From the human T2T-CHM13v2.0 reference genome, Homo sapiens, in NCBI RefSeq assembly GCF_009914755.1, contig NC_060940.1: 64,000 nucleotides of DNA. One strand, written 5' to 3'. Below are positions 30,290 to 46,829 of this stretch, piece by piece. The notes beneath the pieces are model-generated. The model made no database searches. It was not told where the DNA came from and saw nothing but the letters and a program-made list of their open reading frames with translations. Both the position numbers and the translations under genes were made by a program. Positions within the stretch are counted from its first letter, which is position 1, and each line of letters starts with the position of its first letter.

Positions 30290-31400
30290 GGTGGATCAGA
30301 AATAAAATCGAACGTACCCACTTTCCCGAAGACTACTTGTTGCTCTGCAACCTACAGAGTCTGGGACATTCGTGATCCTTTGGGGAAATGCCCTATGGCC
30401 CCGGAGCCAGCAGTACATGGAGCTTTTCTAGAAGCCATCAGGTTGCGCTTCCCTTTCTGAGGTGAACGTTCAGCCAGTGGAGCAGATGTTGGCTGCCAAC
30501 GTGGTGCCAGACCCCACTGTGATGGACGGCTCCTTTGTTTTGTTTACTCTTCCAGGCAGGGTGATAAATTCTCCTTCTAATCAGGTTCCTTGTTTCTCAT
30601 TTCTCCAATGCACCAACCCTGCTAATGAATGATTCACTGAAGTTAGTGGCTAAGACACAGCAAGCTGCACCCTGCTCAGCCTTTGTTATGCCGAGTCATG
30701 CCCTCACTATCTCCCAAACACAAAATCAAGTTCCCGAGTATGGCGGGGATAGGTGATGAAGTGTACAACAGCCTCGGGTAATTTGTTCACAGTAATTCAG
30801 GCCTGTATATTCTGTCAAGGCTGCTACTGAATACATTTGGTTTAACTTGGTGAGGGAGACCGGTACTTGCAGGGAAACTTCTGAGGCCGACCGCTGCAGA
30901 GTCCTGAGAGTTCTTAAGCAGTGTGCCTAAGTGACCGGATAGTGCTGGTGCTTTAGCCCTGGGAACAGAAGAAGCCTCAGCTATAGAAGGATCCTAGGGG
31001 CTAACTCCGAGGGAACTCACCCCTGACTGATACCATCACTATGGCTTGAGGACAATTCAATTGAACATAGAACAGAGATATTGAAAGGGAAGGGAAAGGA
31101 AAATGGATGAATATGTATTTAAATAATCCCCAGTAACAGAGCAGGCAAATAAGGAAACCGGATAATTCAGGGAACCTAAACAACGTATATGCAGTTGAAT
31201 CTCATGGTGAGCTGGTGGACATCGAAAAACCAACGCAGCCACTCTTTGTTTCTCTCTAATTGGGGTCATGTGGTTTCGTGTCTCTGCCGTTCTCGGTGAG
31301 TCTGATTCATTCTCCTTTTTTATAGACTAGTTTCTTATTACTGCTTGTACGGAGTCACCAATAGCTGCCCCAATACAGTATACCTAGTCCTGAGATTACA
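30290..31400. promoter_or_regulatory. Candidate enhancer or promoter (unique, CpG-enriched)
   Basis: About 25 CpGs by eye in 1.1 kb; TGTTTAC (FOX), TGATAA (GATA), CTTTGTT (SOX), TGTGGTT (RUNX); TATTTAAA at 31116; donor G|GTGAGT at 31295/31296. Confidence 0.4.
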
Positions 31401-31547
31401 TGACCGTCTTGTAGGGAACATATGGTAAATTACCAAAGCCCCTGCCCCCATGCCAAATTCCTGGGAGAAAGGATCATATTGTTCTCATTTGGGACAGGCC
31501 CTGTTTGGACTATGACCTATGGCTACCCATGCTTTTAGGTGAGCATA

Positions 31548-31865
31548 TTTTTTCTTCCTATTTATTGATTTATTTATTTGAGGCAGGGTCTCACTGTGTC
31601 ACCCAGGCTGGAGTGCAGTGGCATGAACATGGCTCAGTACAACCTTGACTTTCTGGGCTGAAATGATCCTCTTCCCTCAGCCTCATATGTAGCTGGGACC
31701 AGAGGTGTATGCCACCACGCCTGGCTAACTTGTTGTTGTTGTTGTTGTTGAGATGGGGTCTCACTTTGTTTCCCAGGCTGGTCTTGAACTCCTGGGCTCA
31801 AGTGATCCTGAGACCTCAGTTTCTCAAAGTGCTGGGATTACAGGGGTGAGCCACCAGGCCTGGCC
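31548..31865 (-). mobile_element. AluJ with (GTT)n linker
   Basis: Antisense dimer; TSD core tgagca(t/c)a. Confidence 0.88.
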
Positions 31866-32289
31866 TGAGCACAGTTCTTAGAAAAGAAGGTGTGTTATGT
31901 TGGTGTAGTGTGGGAAATAAAAAATTATTTTTTAAAGTTTTAAAAAAGAAAGGGAGGCATGGGTTGGATATGCACTCGAAACGGCATCTATCACAATTTC
32001 TCACTGAGTATACGGCACACGGATGCTATTACCACAGATGTTGCTTCTGTTATAACAGCAGATATCAAGGTCTATCTCATCGGCAATGTGAAGAAGATTA
32101 TGGTCTTTGAGATTGAATGACCTGGTTGTGAACCTGCCTCCTTTACCCAATAACTGAGCAACCTTTTCTTAACTGCAGCCCGAATTTCTTTGTATCAAAA
32201 TGGGAGTGAAGTTAAACACTTCACAGGGCTATCATGAGAAGCAAATTTATCAAGTTCAAAAGTGTCTTGAACTCACACAGAATTTATAT

Positions 32290-32590
32290 ATTTTTTCATT
32301 GTTTTTGTTTGTTTTTGAGACAGGGCCTTGCTCTGTCACTCAGGCCAGAGTGCAGTGGCACGATCATGGCTTACTGCAGCCTTGAACTCCTAGGCTCAAG
32401 CAATCCTCCTCCCTCAGCCTCCCCAGTAGCTTGGGCTACTTGTACATTCTGTCACATTCAGTTAATTTAAGAAAATTTTTTGTAGAAACGAGTCTTGCTA
32501 TGTTGCCCAGGCTGGTCTTGAATTCCAGGGTTCAAGTGATCTTCCTGCCCTTGGCCTCCCAAAGCTCTGTGATTATAGAGCGCTCTGACC
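32290..32590 (-). mobile_element. AluJ
   Basis: Antisense dimer. Confidence 0.85.
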
Positions 32591-33074
32591 TCTTCCTTTT
32601 TCATAGATTTATTTTGTATATACGTATATATGTATGCAATTTTTTATAGATTCGGGGGTACACATGCAGGTTTGTTACATGGATATATTGCATAATGGTG
32701 AAGTTTGGACTTCTAGTGTGCTCGTCACCTGAATAGTGAACATTATATTTTTCAACCCTCACCCCCCAACCCATACTCCTCCCTTTTGGAGTCCCCAGTA
32801 CCTGTTATTTCCCTCTGTATGTCTGGCCTCTTCTTATTCAAGCACTAATTCCATTCATGAGGGCTCCCGCTCATGACCTAATCACCTTCCAAAGCCACCT
32901 CCAAATGCTATCACATTGGCATTGGGGATTAGATTTCAACCTGAATTTTGGGGATGACAGAAACATTCAGCCCATAGCATATATGGACCATTTTGTGCCT
33001 ATGTATTTCTGCAGGCCAACCATCCAGATTGCTTGGTAGAAGGCCGGGTGCATTTCTTTTCTTTTCTTATTTAT

Positions 33075-34149
33075 TATAGGAGAACCTGCCCCGATGTTCA
33101 TGTAGGTTCTTTTCTATTTTTCCTAAGCATTGGCCAGCTTGAGAAATAAAGGCACAGAGTACAAAAGAGAGAAATTTTAAAGCCGGGCGTCCAGGGGAGA
33201 CATCTCATGTCGGTAGGTTCCGTGATGCCCCACAAGCTGCAAAAACTAGCAAGTTTTTATTAGAGAGTTTCAAAAGGTGAGGGAGTGTACGAATAGGTGT
33301 GGGTCACAGACATCAAGTACTTTACAAGGTAATAGAATATCACAAGGCAAATGGAGGCAGGGTGAGATCACAGGACCACACGACTGAGGCGAAATTAAAA
33401 TTGCTAATGAAGTTTTGGGCACCATTGTCATTGATAACATCTTATCAGGAGGCAGGTTTTTTGAGATCAACTGGTCTGACCAAAATTTATTAGGCAGGAA
33501 TTTCCTCTTCCTAATAAGCCTGGGAGCACTATGGGAGACTGGGGTCTATTTCACCCCTGCAGCCTCAACCATAAGAGGCAGGCACACCTGGGGTGGGGGG
33601 CTGTTTATAAGCCTATACCTCCAGGTGCATATTCTCTTTTCCAGGGATGTTCCATACTGAGAAAAAGAATTCAGCACTATTTCTCCCATTTGCTTTTGAA
33701 AGAAGAGAAATATGGCTCTGTTCTGCCAGGGTCACCGGCGGTCAGAGTTTAAGGTTATCTCTCTTATTCCCTGAACATTGCTGTTATCCTGTTCTTTTTT
33801 CAAGGTGCCCACATTTCATATTGCTCAAACACACATGCTGTACAATTTGTGCAGTTAATGCAATTATTACAGGGTCCTGAGGCAATATACATCCTCCTCA
33901 GCTGACAGGATTAAGAGATTAAAGTAAAGACAGGCATAGGAAATCACAAGGGTATTGATTGGGGAAGTGATAAGTGTCCATGAAATCTTTACAATTTATG
34001 TTTAGAGATTGCAGTAAAGACAGGCATAAGAAATTATAAAAATATTAATTTGGGGAACTAATAAATGTCCATGAAATCTTCACAATCCATGTTCTTCTGC
34101 CATGGCTTCAGCCGGTCCCTCCGTTTGGGGTCCCTGACTTCCCGCAACA
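33075..34149 (-). mobile_element. MER11 (ERVK, HML-8) solo LTR inserted in an Alu A-tail
   Basis: Minus strand starts tgttgcgggaagtcagggacccc; internal tandem duplication; 6-bp TSD ATTTAT (33069-33074, 34150-34155). Confidence 0.92.
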
Positions 34150-35215
<1,066 letters not shown>

Positions 35216-35789
35216 ATTGCCTAAACATTGCTATTGTATTGGAATAATAAACTCCATGAAACATCACTGTTTTATTTTGCATTTTGGGGGATTACTATTA
35301 AGGTTCCACATCTTTTAATTTGTATTTCTTCATTTTGTGCATTGTCTCTTTATATTGTTTGTTCAATTTTCTATTAAATTTTAGTGTTTTATCATATTGA
35401 TTTTTGAGAAATCTTGATATATTTGGATATCAATCTTTTGGTTATTATATATGTTGAGAATACTTTCCTTCATCCTGCCACTGATCTTTTAGCCTTGTTT
35501 AGGATATTTTTTTCAACATACAGAATATCATTGAGTTTTATGGTTGGATTTATCAATGTTTTCCTTTAGGATTTTGCTTAAGAAGAGCCTATACCAACAT
35601 TAATTTTAAAGTCTTTTATTTTTTCTATCATTTAAATAATTTTATTTGCATGCTTAGCTTTTTAACACACCAAGAATACACACTTTTGAGTATTGTGAAA
35701 GGTAGGTTCTTATTTTTTATTTTCCAAAATTACTATTTGTTGACCAGCCCATTCCTTCTCCATAATTTGGAAATGCTGGTTTTATAATT

Positions 35790-36155
35790 CTATTAGTCCA
35801 TTTTCACGCTGCTGATAAAAACATACCACAGACTGGGTAATTTATAAAGAAAAATAGGTTGAATGAATTCACAGTTCCACGTGGCTGGGGAGGCATCACA
35901 ATCATGGTGGAAGGCGAGGGAAGAGCAAAGGGACGTCTTATATGATAGTAGGGAAAGAGAGAGCTTGTGCAGGGGAGCTTCTCTTTATAAAACCATCAGA
36001 TCTCGTGAGACTTATTCACTCTCACAAGAACAGCATGGGAAAGACCCATCCCCATGATTCAGTTACCTCCTACCAGGTCCCTCCCACGACATACAGAAAT
36101 GGTGGGAGCTACAATTCAAGATGAGATCGGGTAGGGACACAGCCAAACCATATCA
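35790..36155 (-). mobile_element. THE1B-like solo LTR in an old L1M
   Basis: tattagtccattttcacgctgctgataaa...cagccaaaccatatca. Confidence 0.88.
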
Positions 36156-36853
36156 ATAGTACACTAAGTGCCCATACTATATGGGCTTTTTTCTGGGGTC
36201 TCTATTTTACTCCAAGGATCTATTTGGCTATTCCCACACCAGAGCTGCATTGTAACAGGGAGTGGCTTTTCAGGATGCCTTCCTGGAGCTTAGAGGTATT
36301 GGAAAGGAATCACTACACATCTAACTAGGGGAACGATTAACATCTCCCACATATGCTCAGGTCTCTTCCCAGGAGCTCTGACACAGCCCCTTTCTTGATT
36401 CCTGAGGCTACAGCGGGAAATGTGCTGACCGCTGGAGGAGCTTCAGACATTTTCATCACTCAATGTTTGGTCTAAATTTACTACTAAGCTCAGAAAGAGC
36501 CGTGAAAATTCTCCATGCCATCTCAGTCTAGGCCTGCCTTTAAAATCCTCATGTTTTATCCTGGGATTTATCTATTCCTAGGGTGACGGAGGACAGGAAG
36601 ACCCATCCACTTCTGGGCTGGCTCCGCAGTAAGTGTGCAAACACGTGGCCACTCCATATGGCCCCTACTAGATAATTACATGACATGATCTGGCATCAGT
36701 TATTTCAGAGCAACTGGGTATCAGCATCTAAGCACAGATACACAGATGATATATTAACAAATATTCCATATATTGTGTCACATGTGTGCTGTCACAGCCT
36801 GGTTAGTTTTGGTAATTCCTCATCAAGCTGAAAAAAATGGACTTGAAATATAG

Positions 36854-37237
<384 letters not shown>

Positions 37238-38108
37238 TAGCACAGAGTCTGGCACAAAGGAATTGTACGCTATTGTCATAACATGTGCCCAAGTGGATTG
37301 AGTAGTTAGCATTGTCACACTCTCTCCCTAACATTGTCCTAGTTACATAAAGCTTTTCAGCCCCATCACCCATCATCCCACGATTTCCACTTGCTCCTTG
37401 CCTCTCCATGATGCCATTGTGTAATTTCTCTATCTCAATATTGCTCAATTGTCTGTGTGACCCTGGTGTCTGTCTCCATTAGCGTCTTTTACATTAAATC
37501 GGATATCTGCACCGGCACAAGAGGCTCTTTGCAGCTTGATCAGCAAGCAATGGATCAGACAGCTGAACCGTTGATTTAATTGGCATGAAATAACGAAGCC
37601 ATCTGTTCTGTGGAGTTGATCTTTTAAGTGTTACTCTCCTATCTGCTCTGAAATTTCTTGGCCACTTGGAAGGACCATGGATGTCAGATGGTGGATCACG
37701 GAAAATATCTGCTCCAAGATAGAGAGCAAGGGTTTAAGGGAAGTTGAAGAATTTTATGGTGCTCTCAGTATTTCATCCTGCCTTATCTTTCTGCACAACA
37801 CTTACTAGTACCTGCTGTATTGCATATTAACTTGTTTATCTGTCTCTTTTAATGGAAGCCAAGCACCAGAAGGACAGGGACTTTGTCCTTTATGCTCCCT
37901 GCTGGATGCCAGTACCTAGAATACATGGCCCACCTTGATTTGGGTACTGATGAGGCATGCTCAGCTCCTCTTTGGATTTCATTTTGCTGTGACTTGGTGT
38001 TACAAAGGGCTATTGGGAATGTCAGGTGGATGGAAAAGTGCACAAAGGCCAACACAGGAAGGTGTCTAAGGATCAATTTGGCAAGTTCAATGCCTGTAGC
38101 AAACTTGA

Positions 38109-38412
38109 TTTCATTTATTTATTTATTAGAGATGCAGACTCACTCTGTTGCCCAGACTAGAGGGTGGTGGCTTGATCATAGGTCACTGCAGCCTCTAACT
38201 CCTGGGCTCAAGAGATCCTCCCACCTGAGCCTGTTGAGTAGCTGGGACTACAGGTGCATGCCACCACGTCCAGCTAATTAAAAAAAAAAGTTTTGTAGAG
38301 ACAGGGTCTCGCTATGTTGCCCACTCAGGTCTTGAACCCCTGGACGCAAGAAATCCTCCTGTCTCAGCCTCCCGAAGTGCTGGGATTACAGGCATGAGCC
38401 ACTGTATCTGGT
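38109..38412 (-). mobile_element. AluJ
   Basis: TSD gcaaacttgattt. Confidence 0.9.
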
Positions 38413-38668
38413 GCAAACTTGATTTTAATGTAGAATGGTCTTGGTGTTCAAAGGGTCTAAACCAGAGAAACAGGAAGGGGCGGCACAGCAGTGGTGGGTT
38501 GGGTCAGTTTGGTGAGGTGGACTTTGGAAATGTTATTTAATCTTTCTGAACCTAGGCATCATCATTTGTAAAATAAGGATAGTACTTACCACCTCCAACT
38601 TATGAGGATTAAATGAGACAATGTATATGAAATAATAGCCAACACTTACAGCACTTACTACATGCCAC

Positions 38669-38672
<4 letters not shown>

Positions 38673-38726
<54 letters not shown>
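38673..38726. repeat. (TA)27 microsatellite between two MIR fragments
   Basis: Uninterrupted TA run. Confidence 0.97.
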
Positions 38727-38730
<4 letters not shown>

Positions 38731-39650
38731 TGACAACCGTTTGGGTTGGGAACTCTCGTTATCCTCAGCCTATTCAGATGGGGAAACTGAGGCACAGAGG
38801 GGGCCCAAGTTTTCCTAGCTAGAAAGTGGTAGAGATGCAATTCAAACTAAGGCTGGTTCTACAGTCCATGAAAGCCAGGTGTATAATGGCAGATAAAGAG
38901 CTTGTGAATCAATCTGTGAGTCCCCAGTCACTCCTCACTTTTCTAGACATTGATGATGATCTGGAGGCCATGACAAGATATCAAGTAGGTTGCAGAAATG
39001 AAGACATAGACTATATATATATCTGGGTCAAGGCAGATAGCCTGTTCCTACATCAAGGAACAGGGGTTAAGGTGAACTAATGAGGTCTCAGAGTCCCAGA
39101 TTTTAAGGATTCGAGGTCAGGTTTCATTCCAGTGGGACATTAGAGTAAGAATCACAACAGAGGTAAGTGAGCCAGGTGCCAAGAGCACAGGTGCACAGGG
39201 AGATGGCAGTTTGAGGCTCACCAGGCTTCCAGGACACTGAACATTGAAGTAAGGCTGATTAAAGCCTCCTGGCTAGGGGAATAAAGACCTGACGACACAC
39301 TGCCAGGTTGAGTTGTCTCTGGCTCATGTCCTGGAGAAGCCACAGCTCAGAGGCCAGTATCACTGGAGGTCAGGCAAGACTGGAATATGTTGAGATCATC
39401 CTGCCTACCTTGCTCTGCCTTAGGTCAAGTCTTCTCCCTCTGTTTGGTCAGCACAATAGCTAAAATGTCCTTTCTGGGACAATGGACTCCAACAACATCC
39501 ATGATTTTAAGGGCAAAGGTGTACTTAGAGCATGTGAGGCTACTGAGCATGTGAGGTACTTAGAGCTACCAGTCTACTGAGGACAGCACGTTTCATGCAG
39601 GGAAATGGGAAACAGAAAAAATTGTTTTATTTTTGCTTAAGAAACATTTA

Positions 39651-40298
39651 TTTGTTTTTATTTTATTTTACTGTAAGTTCTGGGATACATGTGTAGAACA
39701 TGCAGGTTTGTTATGTAGGTATACATGTGCCATGGTGGTTTGCTGCATCTATCAACCTGTCATCTAGGTTTTAAGTCCCACAGGCATTAGGTATTTGTCC
39801 TAATGCTCTCTCTCCCCTAGCCCCCTATCCTGCAACAGGCCCCGGTGTGTGATGTTCCCCTCCCTGTGTCTATGTGTTCTCATTGTTCAACTCCCACTTA
39901 TGAGTGAGAACATGCGGTGTTTGGTTTTTTGTCCTGTGTTAGTTTGCTGAGAATGATGGTTTCCAGTTTCATCCATGTCCCTACAAAGGATATGAACTCA
40001 TTCGTTTTTATGGCTGCATAGTAGTCCATGGTGTATATGTGACACATTTTCTTTATCCAGTCTATCACTGATGGGCATTTGGATTGGTTTCAAGTCTTTG
40101 CTATTGTAAATAGTGCTGCAATAAACATACATGTGTATGTGTTTTTATAGTAGAATGATTTATAATCCTTTGGGATTATACCCAGTAATGGGATTGCTGA
40201 GTCAAATGGTATTTCTGGTTCTAGATCCTTGAGGAATCGCCACACTGTCTTCCACAATGGTTGAACTAATTTACACTTTTACCAGTAGTGTAAAAGCA
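39651..40298 (-). mobile_element. L1PA7/8-like 3' fragment
   Basis: TSD tttgcttaag(a/g)aacattta at 39632-39650 and 40299-40317. Confidence 0.9.
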
Positions 40299-40568
40299 TT
40301 TGCTTAAGGAACATTTATATTGTGCTCTTATTACGTGCCAGGCACTGTGCTAAGCACATGACACATATTGACTCAATTACCTCAACAACCCTGCAAGGTA
40401 GTTTCTTTTATCCCCATTGCCAGATGCAGAGACTGAGGCATGAGAGAATTAGTCTGGTCAGTGCAGGTACAACACAGTAGATGAGTTCAGTGATGGAAGC
40501 AGTTTGGCACCCTTAGAGCTTTGTTTCTTGGTCCTGATGTCTTTGAAAGGTGTTCTGGGCAAGCTCAG

Positions 40569-40951
40569 TGTATTAGTCCGTTCTCACACTGCTATAAAGA
40601 GCTACCTGCGGCAGCATAATTTGTGGAAAAAAGGGGTTTAGTTGGCTCACAGTTCCACAGGCTGTACAGGAAGTATGGCTGGGAGGCCTCAGGAGGCTTA
40701 CAATCATGGTGCAAGGGCTAAGGGGAAGCAAGAACATCTTCATATGACAGTAGGAGAGAGAGTGTGTGTGAGTGAAGGGGAAACTGCTACACACTTTCAA
40801 ACAACAAGATCTCGTGAGAACTCTGTCATGAGAACAGCAAGGGGGAGGTCTACACCATGATCCAATCACCTCCCTTCAGATCCCTTCCCCAATATTGGGA
40901 ATTACAATTTGACATGAGATTTGGGTGGGGACACAGAGCCAAACAATATCA
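40569..40951 (-). mobile_element. THE1D/MSTA-type MaLR solo LTR
   Basis: TG...CA termini; 5-bp TSD CTCAG. Confidence 0.9.
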
Positions 40952-41396
40952 CTCAGCTTCCAAAAGCTATTGATCCTTCTTCTTTGTTCTCTCCTCCTCC
41001 TCTTCCTTTTCCTTTTTTTTTAATTCTTAATTTTCAATGACAACCTTTCCCTTTATACCTTGTTTTGTTTTCTGACCACTTCTACATGTCTAAAGCTTTA
41101 TTCATCTATTCAAGTAGTTATTGAACTGCTGCCATAATGTCAGGCATTGCTCTAGGCACTGATGACCCTGCCCTCCTGGAGTTTACATTTTCACCGGGGT
41201 GGAGAGACAATGAAAAAATAAAGAAACACCTATACATCCCAAGTCATCTCATGTAACAATACCTATCATGAAGGGAATGAAACACGCTGATGTGAGGAAG
41301 CAATAGGACAATCAGGGAAGGGTTCTCAGAGGAGGTGACTTTTGGGCTGAGAGTTGAGTGATTAGAAAGGACAGGTGATACAAAAATCCAGGGGGT

Positions 41397-41700
41397 GGCT
41401 GGGCACAGTGTCTCATGCCTGTAATCCCAGCACTTTGGAAGGTTGCGGTGGGAGGATCACTTGAGGCCAGGAGTTCAAGACTAGCGATGTAGCGATATAT
41501 CAAGATATAGTGAGACCCCATCTCTAAAAAAAACAATAACAGAGCATGGTGATGCACACCTGTAGTACCAGCTATTCAGGAGGCCTAGGCAGGAGGATCT
41601 CTTGAGCACAGGAGTTGGAGGCTGCAGTGAACTATGATTGTGCCACTGCACCCCAGCCTGGGCCATAAAGAGAGACCCATCTCTAAACAAACAAAACTCC
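41397..41700 (+). mobile_element. AluJ inside an L2 remnant
   Basis: Sense dimer; TSD core aa(t/c)(c/t)c(c)a. Confidence 0.85.
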
Positions 41701-42767
41701 AAAGGAGGAGAATTTCAAGTGAAGGCCACATCAAATACAAAATATCTGAGGTGAGAATGAACTTAGTATGTTTCAGTCATACAGAAGAGGCGATAGGCTG
41801 GGAATGTGGGGATTGGTATAAGATGGAGATGGAAAGACCTTTAGAAAACTTTAAGAAGTACCTGGTGACTTAGTTCCCATTTTTCACGGTGACAGTATGA
41901 GCTATTAACCTCCTCTAGAAAAAGAGGTTTAGGGCAGTCTAGTCCCTATTGTCTACCACAACATTCCAGCAGGTGAATTTCATACTTTTCTTTTCTGAAA
42001 TTGGCTTATGGAGTTCAGCTTTAAACAATGGAGGCCAGGGTCTGTACCTCGGTTGTAGAAACCACTTTTTTTCCCAGGAGGACTCTAGGTCTGGCAACTT
42101 CCAAGAGTTCATCCAATTTTTCACAGAAGACCCCTTTCAAGACAGTAAGTTAATTGCTCTGCCTAGTAATGAGAATGGAGTTTTGTCCAGACCTCCCTCA
42201 AGGAAGGATTCTAAGAAGGCCTCCTGCATTTTAGGTAGGTTTCTACAAGCCCTAATGGGTAGACTGACTGCTAGATGTTGTGATTTTTGCCATTACTTGG
42301 CTGATATTCCATCTGAAATGTATAAGTGATGATTGTCACCAACTTTGTGGGTTTGGGTCTCCAGATGCCTCTCCACATTGGAATCAACCCATCCTTCAGC
42401 ATCCCCAGGTCCATCCTCCCAAACATCAAGCAGCAGACTCTTTGGGAACCCAAGTCAGGGTGTATGTTAAAGAAGAGGCTGGATCCCATTCCATTATTGT
42501 ATGGTTGTTACAGTAAGCAAATATATAGAAAGAACACACTGAAGAGATGTTGCATACAATCAAACTATTCTACTATACAAATATGTAGGGGGCACACACT
42601 AAGGAGATCTTCGATCTTAGATTGAGAAAGAGAGAGAGATTTCACTACTAGTATATATATATACTAGTGTATATATATAGTATATATATACACTAGTAGT
42701 GTATATATATACTATATATATTAGATTATATATAATAATTATATAAAATACATATAATCTATTATTA

Positions 42768-43175
<408 letters not shown>

Positions 43176-43954
43176 CTATATATGTAGATATGTATATATA
43201 TGTATGCAGATATATCTAGATCTATCTATCTGAGAGAGCAAATGCCAAATGGATTCAATTCAATTATTCTAGTTATACAAATATATGTAAAGAGAGTCCA
43301 CTAAGGAGATGCTAGGTCCAAGTCACAAAGTCTAGTATACAAATACACACAGAGAGAACACCAAAGAGATTCTGAATCTATGCCAAGCATTGTAATATAC
43401 GAATTTATACAGAGAGCATGCTCATGTGCATTTGCTCTAGAGCCTCTTCCAGTCCATTCTCTATGCAGTAGCCTGGGTGATCTTTGAAAGTCACAAAGCT
43501 CACTATATCACATCAAGCAAAGAGCTCAGCGGAACCTGGCAGTGTCACTTGATCCTGGCTGTGCCTCTTGGGTAGGAGGATCAGAAGGAACACAGGTCCT
43601 TTAAGCTTGTGGGGATCAGATGCCATGAAATTTGAATTTGGCTGCTAGCTTGGGGCACTGCTGAGAAATGCCAGCTTTTATTACCTGGAAATCTTGAAGA
43701 CTCCTGTTCAGGTGAAAATTTAAGTTCAGGCAAAACTCTGTTTGCTAAGGGTGGCAGGGGCATCATCATCATCTGAGAGTCTGAAGAGTTTGTCCAGCCC
43801 CACTCATCAGGCAATCCTGCTTGCTTTAAGGCTTTTTAACTGGCATCTCATTCCTCTTGGACAAAACTCTAAGTTCCTTGCATTGCATACCAACCATTGC
43901 AAGAACCGGTTACTTCTCCGTGTTCACTATATTTCAGCCACACTGACCTCCTTC

Positions 43955-43967
43955 CCTTTCTTTCTTT

Positions 43968-44037
<70 letters not shown>

Positions 44038-44165
44038 TTCCTTCCTTCCTTCCTTCCTTCCTTTCTTTCTTTCTTTCTTTCTTTCCTTCTTTCTTTCTTC
44101 CTTCCTTCCTTCCTTTCTTTTTCTTTCTCTCTCTCTCTCTCTTTCTTTCTTCTTTCTTTTTTTTT
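43955..44165. repeat. Compound (TTTC)n/(TTCC)n/(TC)n microsatellite (Alu tail)
   Basis: Directly visible. Confidence 0.97.
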
Positions 44166-44541
<376 letters not shown>

Positions 44542-46082
44542 TAATTAACTCTTACTCTCCCTTCAGATATCAACTCAAATGTCACTTCATCAGGGAACCT
44601 TTTCCATACCCTTGAAAAACAAATTTTCTCTAAGAAGGGTGTTCCCATCAGTAACCTAGAGTTTTCCTCACAGCACTCAAGTATATTTATTTATATTGTT
44701 CTTTTGTTTGATCATGATCTGCCTTTCATCACTAGCATGTTTTCTCCATGAGGTCGGTAATCATAGAGTCTGTTTTCTTTACTATTATATTCCTAGTGTT
44801 GAACCCAGTACCTGGAATATAAAAGATACTCAACAAATATTTCAAAATGTAGAAATGAACCTTTAGAAAATCCTTGTTTAAGTTAAAGCTATGCATCAGT
44901 AAAATTAGGAAACCTCAGTCCAACTCCACCTATTGCCTGGCCCATACTAGGGGTTTCATAAATATTTGTTGACCAGCTGACAGATATGGAAGGAGGTAAT
45001 GAGGGATGCAGTCCAAACAGTCTTCCTGCCCTCAGTATCTCCTTTCCAGGCTATAAATTCAGCCACGGGCATCCTCCCATCCACCTCTGCCTCCACCTGC
45101 ATCCTATGGTCCTCTGAAATGCTTTCCAAATTCTGCCTCCAGAACCCACTTGCTTTGTTTTGCTTCCTCTCTGTTGCTGATTATCTGCAATTCCTTCTCT
45201 TTGTACGCTTGATGGACCTAACGATTCTATTGCTCCGCTCCTTTGCTCCCTGCTCTGCCACTGGAAACAAGCCCATCCTCCTCTGGGATTCTGATATTGG
45301 TTCTTTTCTCTGTGTGCTGGCCTCACTTTCTCCCATGCTCTGTTGGTCTTTAGAGACCACAGCCTTTGGACATCACTCAGGAAAGGAAGTCAGATAGTCA
45401 TTTCCCACTGTGATTATTATTGCTGTTTAGGACATTTAACCGATCACCAATTAACTTATAAAACCAGAGAGCAGAGTGGCCTGCATTTTAACTACACGAC
45501 CAGGCAAGGCACTAACGCCAGGCCTCTGTGCCTGACCAGATGGGCCATTTGTGGATCAGTTACTTTGGCCATTGGCCACTCCAGGCACGGATGGTTATCA
45601 TCTTCCAAGTGGCCGAGTATAGTGGTGGCTTCATTTTCTGGCAGGGTCTTGGCTGTAGGAAGAATTATGAAGTACCAGGGAAAGAAGTTTGTTGTGTATT
45701 AGTTTCTTGGGGCCTAGGATGGAGTCAGGGTCCGCATCCCAAGTAGCCTCTTGGCATTTTCCTCCTGGGCATACGAGCTACTGTATATATTTTGGACAAA
45801 ATACAAAGAAGAATCTGATACGAACTTCAACCTTGACTGCATATTAGAACAAGCTGGGGAGTTAAAAAAAAAAATCCAAGTGCCTCTCTCCTCCATACAT
45901 GTATTTAGGAAAGTTACCATACATCAGTATTTTCAAAGCTCCTAGAGAAATTTCAATGTGTCTCAAGGCAGAGAACCGTTGATCTAGGACAGTGTTTCTC
46001 AAACCTGAATGTGAATAAGAATAATCTGTGGAACATGTTAAACACAGATTCCCAAGCCCTAGCTACAGAAATTTGGATTCAG

Positions 46083-46829
<747 letters not shown>

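Noticed and set aside
36640-36800. CArG box and E-box cluster
   Set aside because: CCATATGG has only four A/T bases where CArG needs six, and the E-boxes are compatible with chance.
45040-45400. TATA box and 132-aa ORF
   Set aside because: Isolated motif; the pyrimidine-rich ORF has no homology or splice support.
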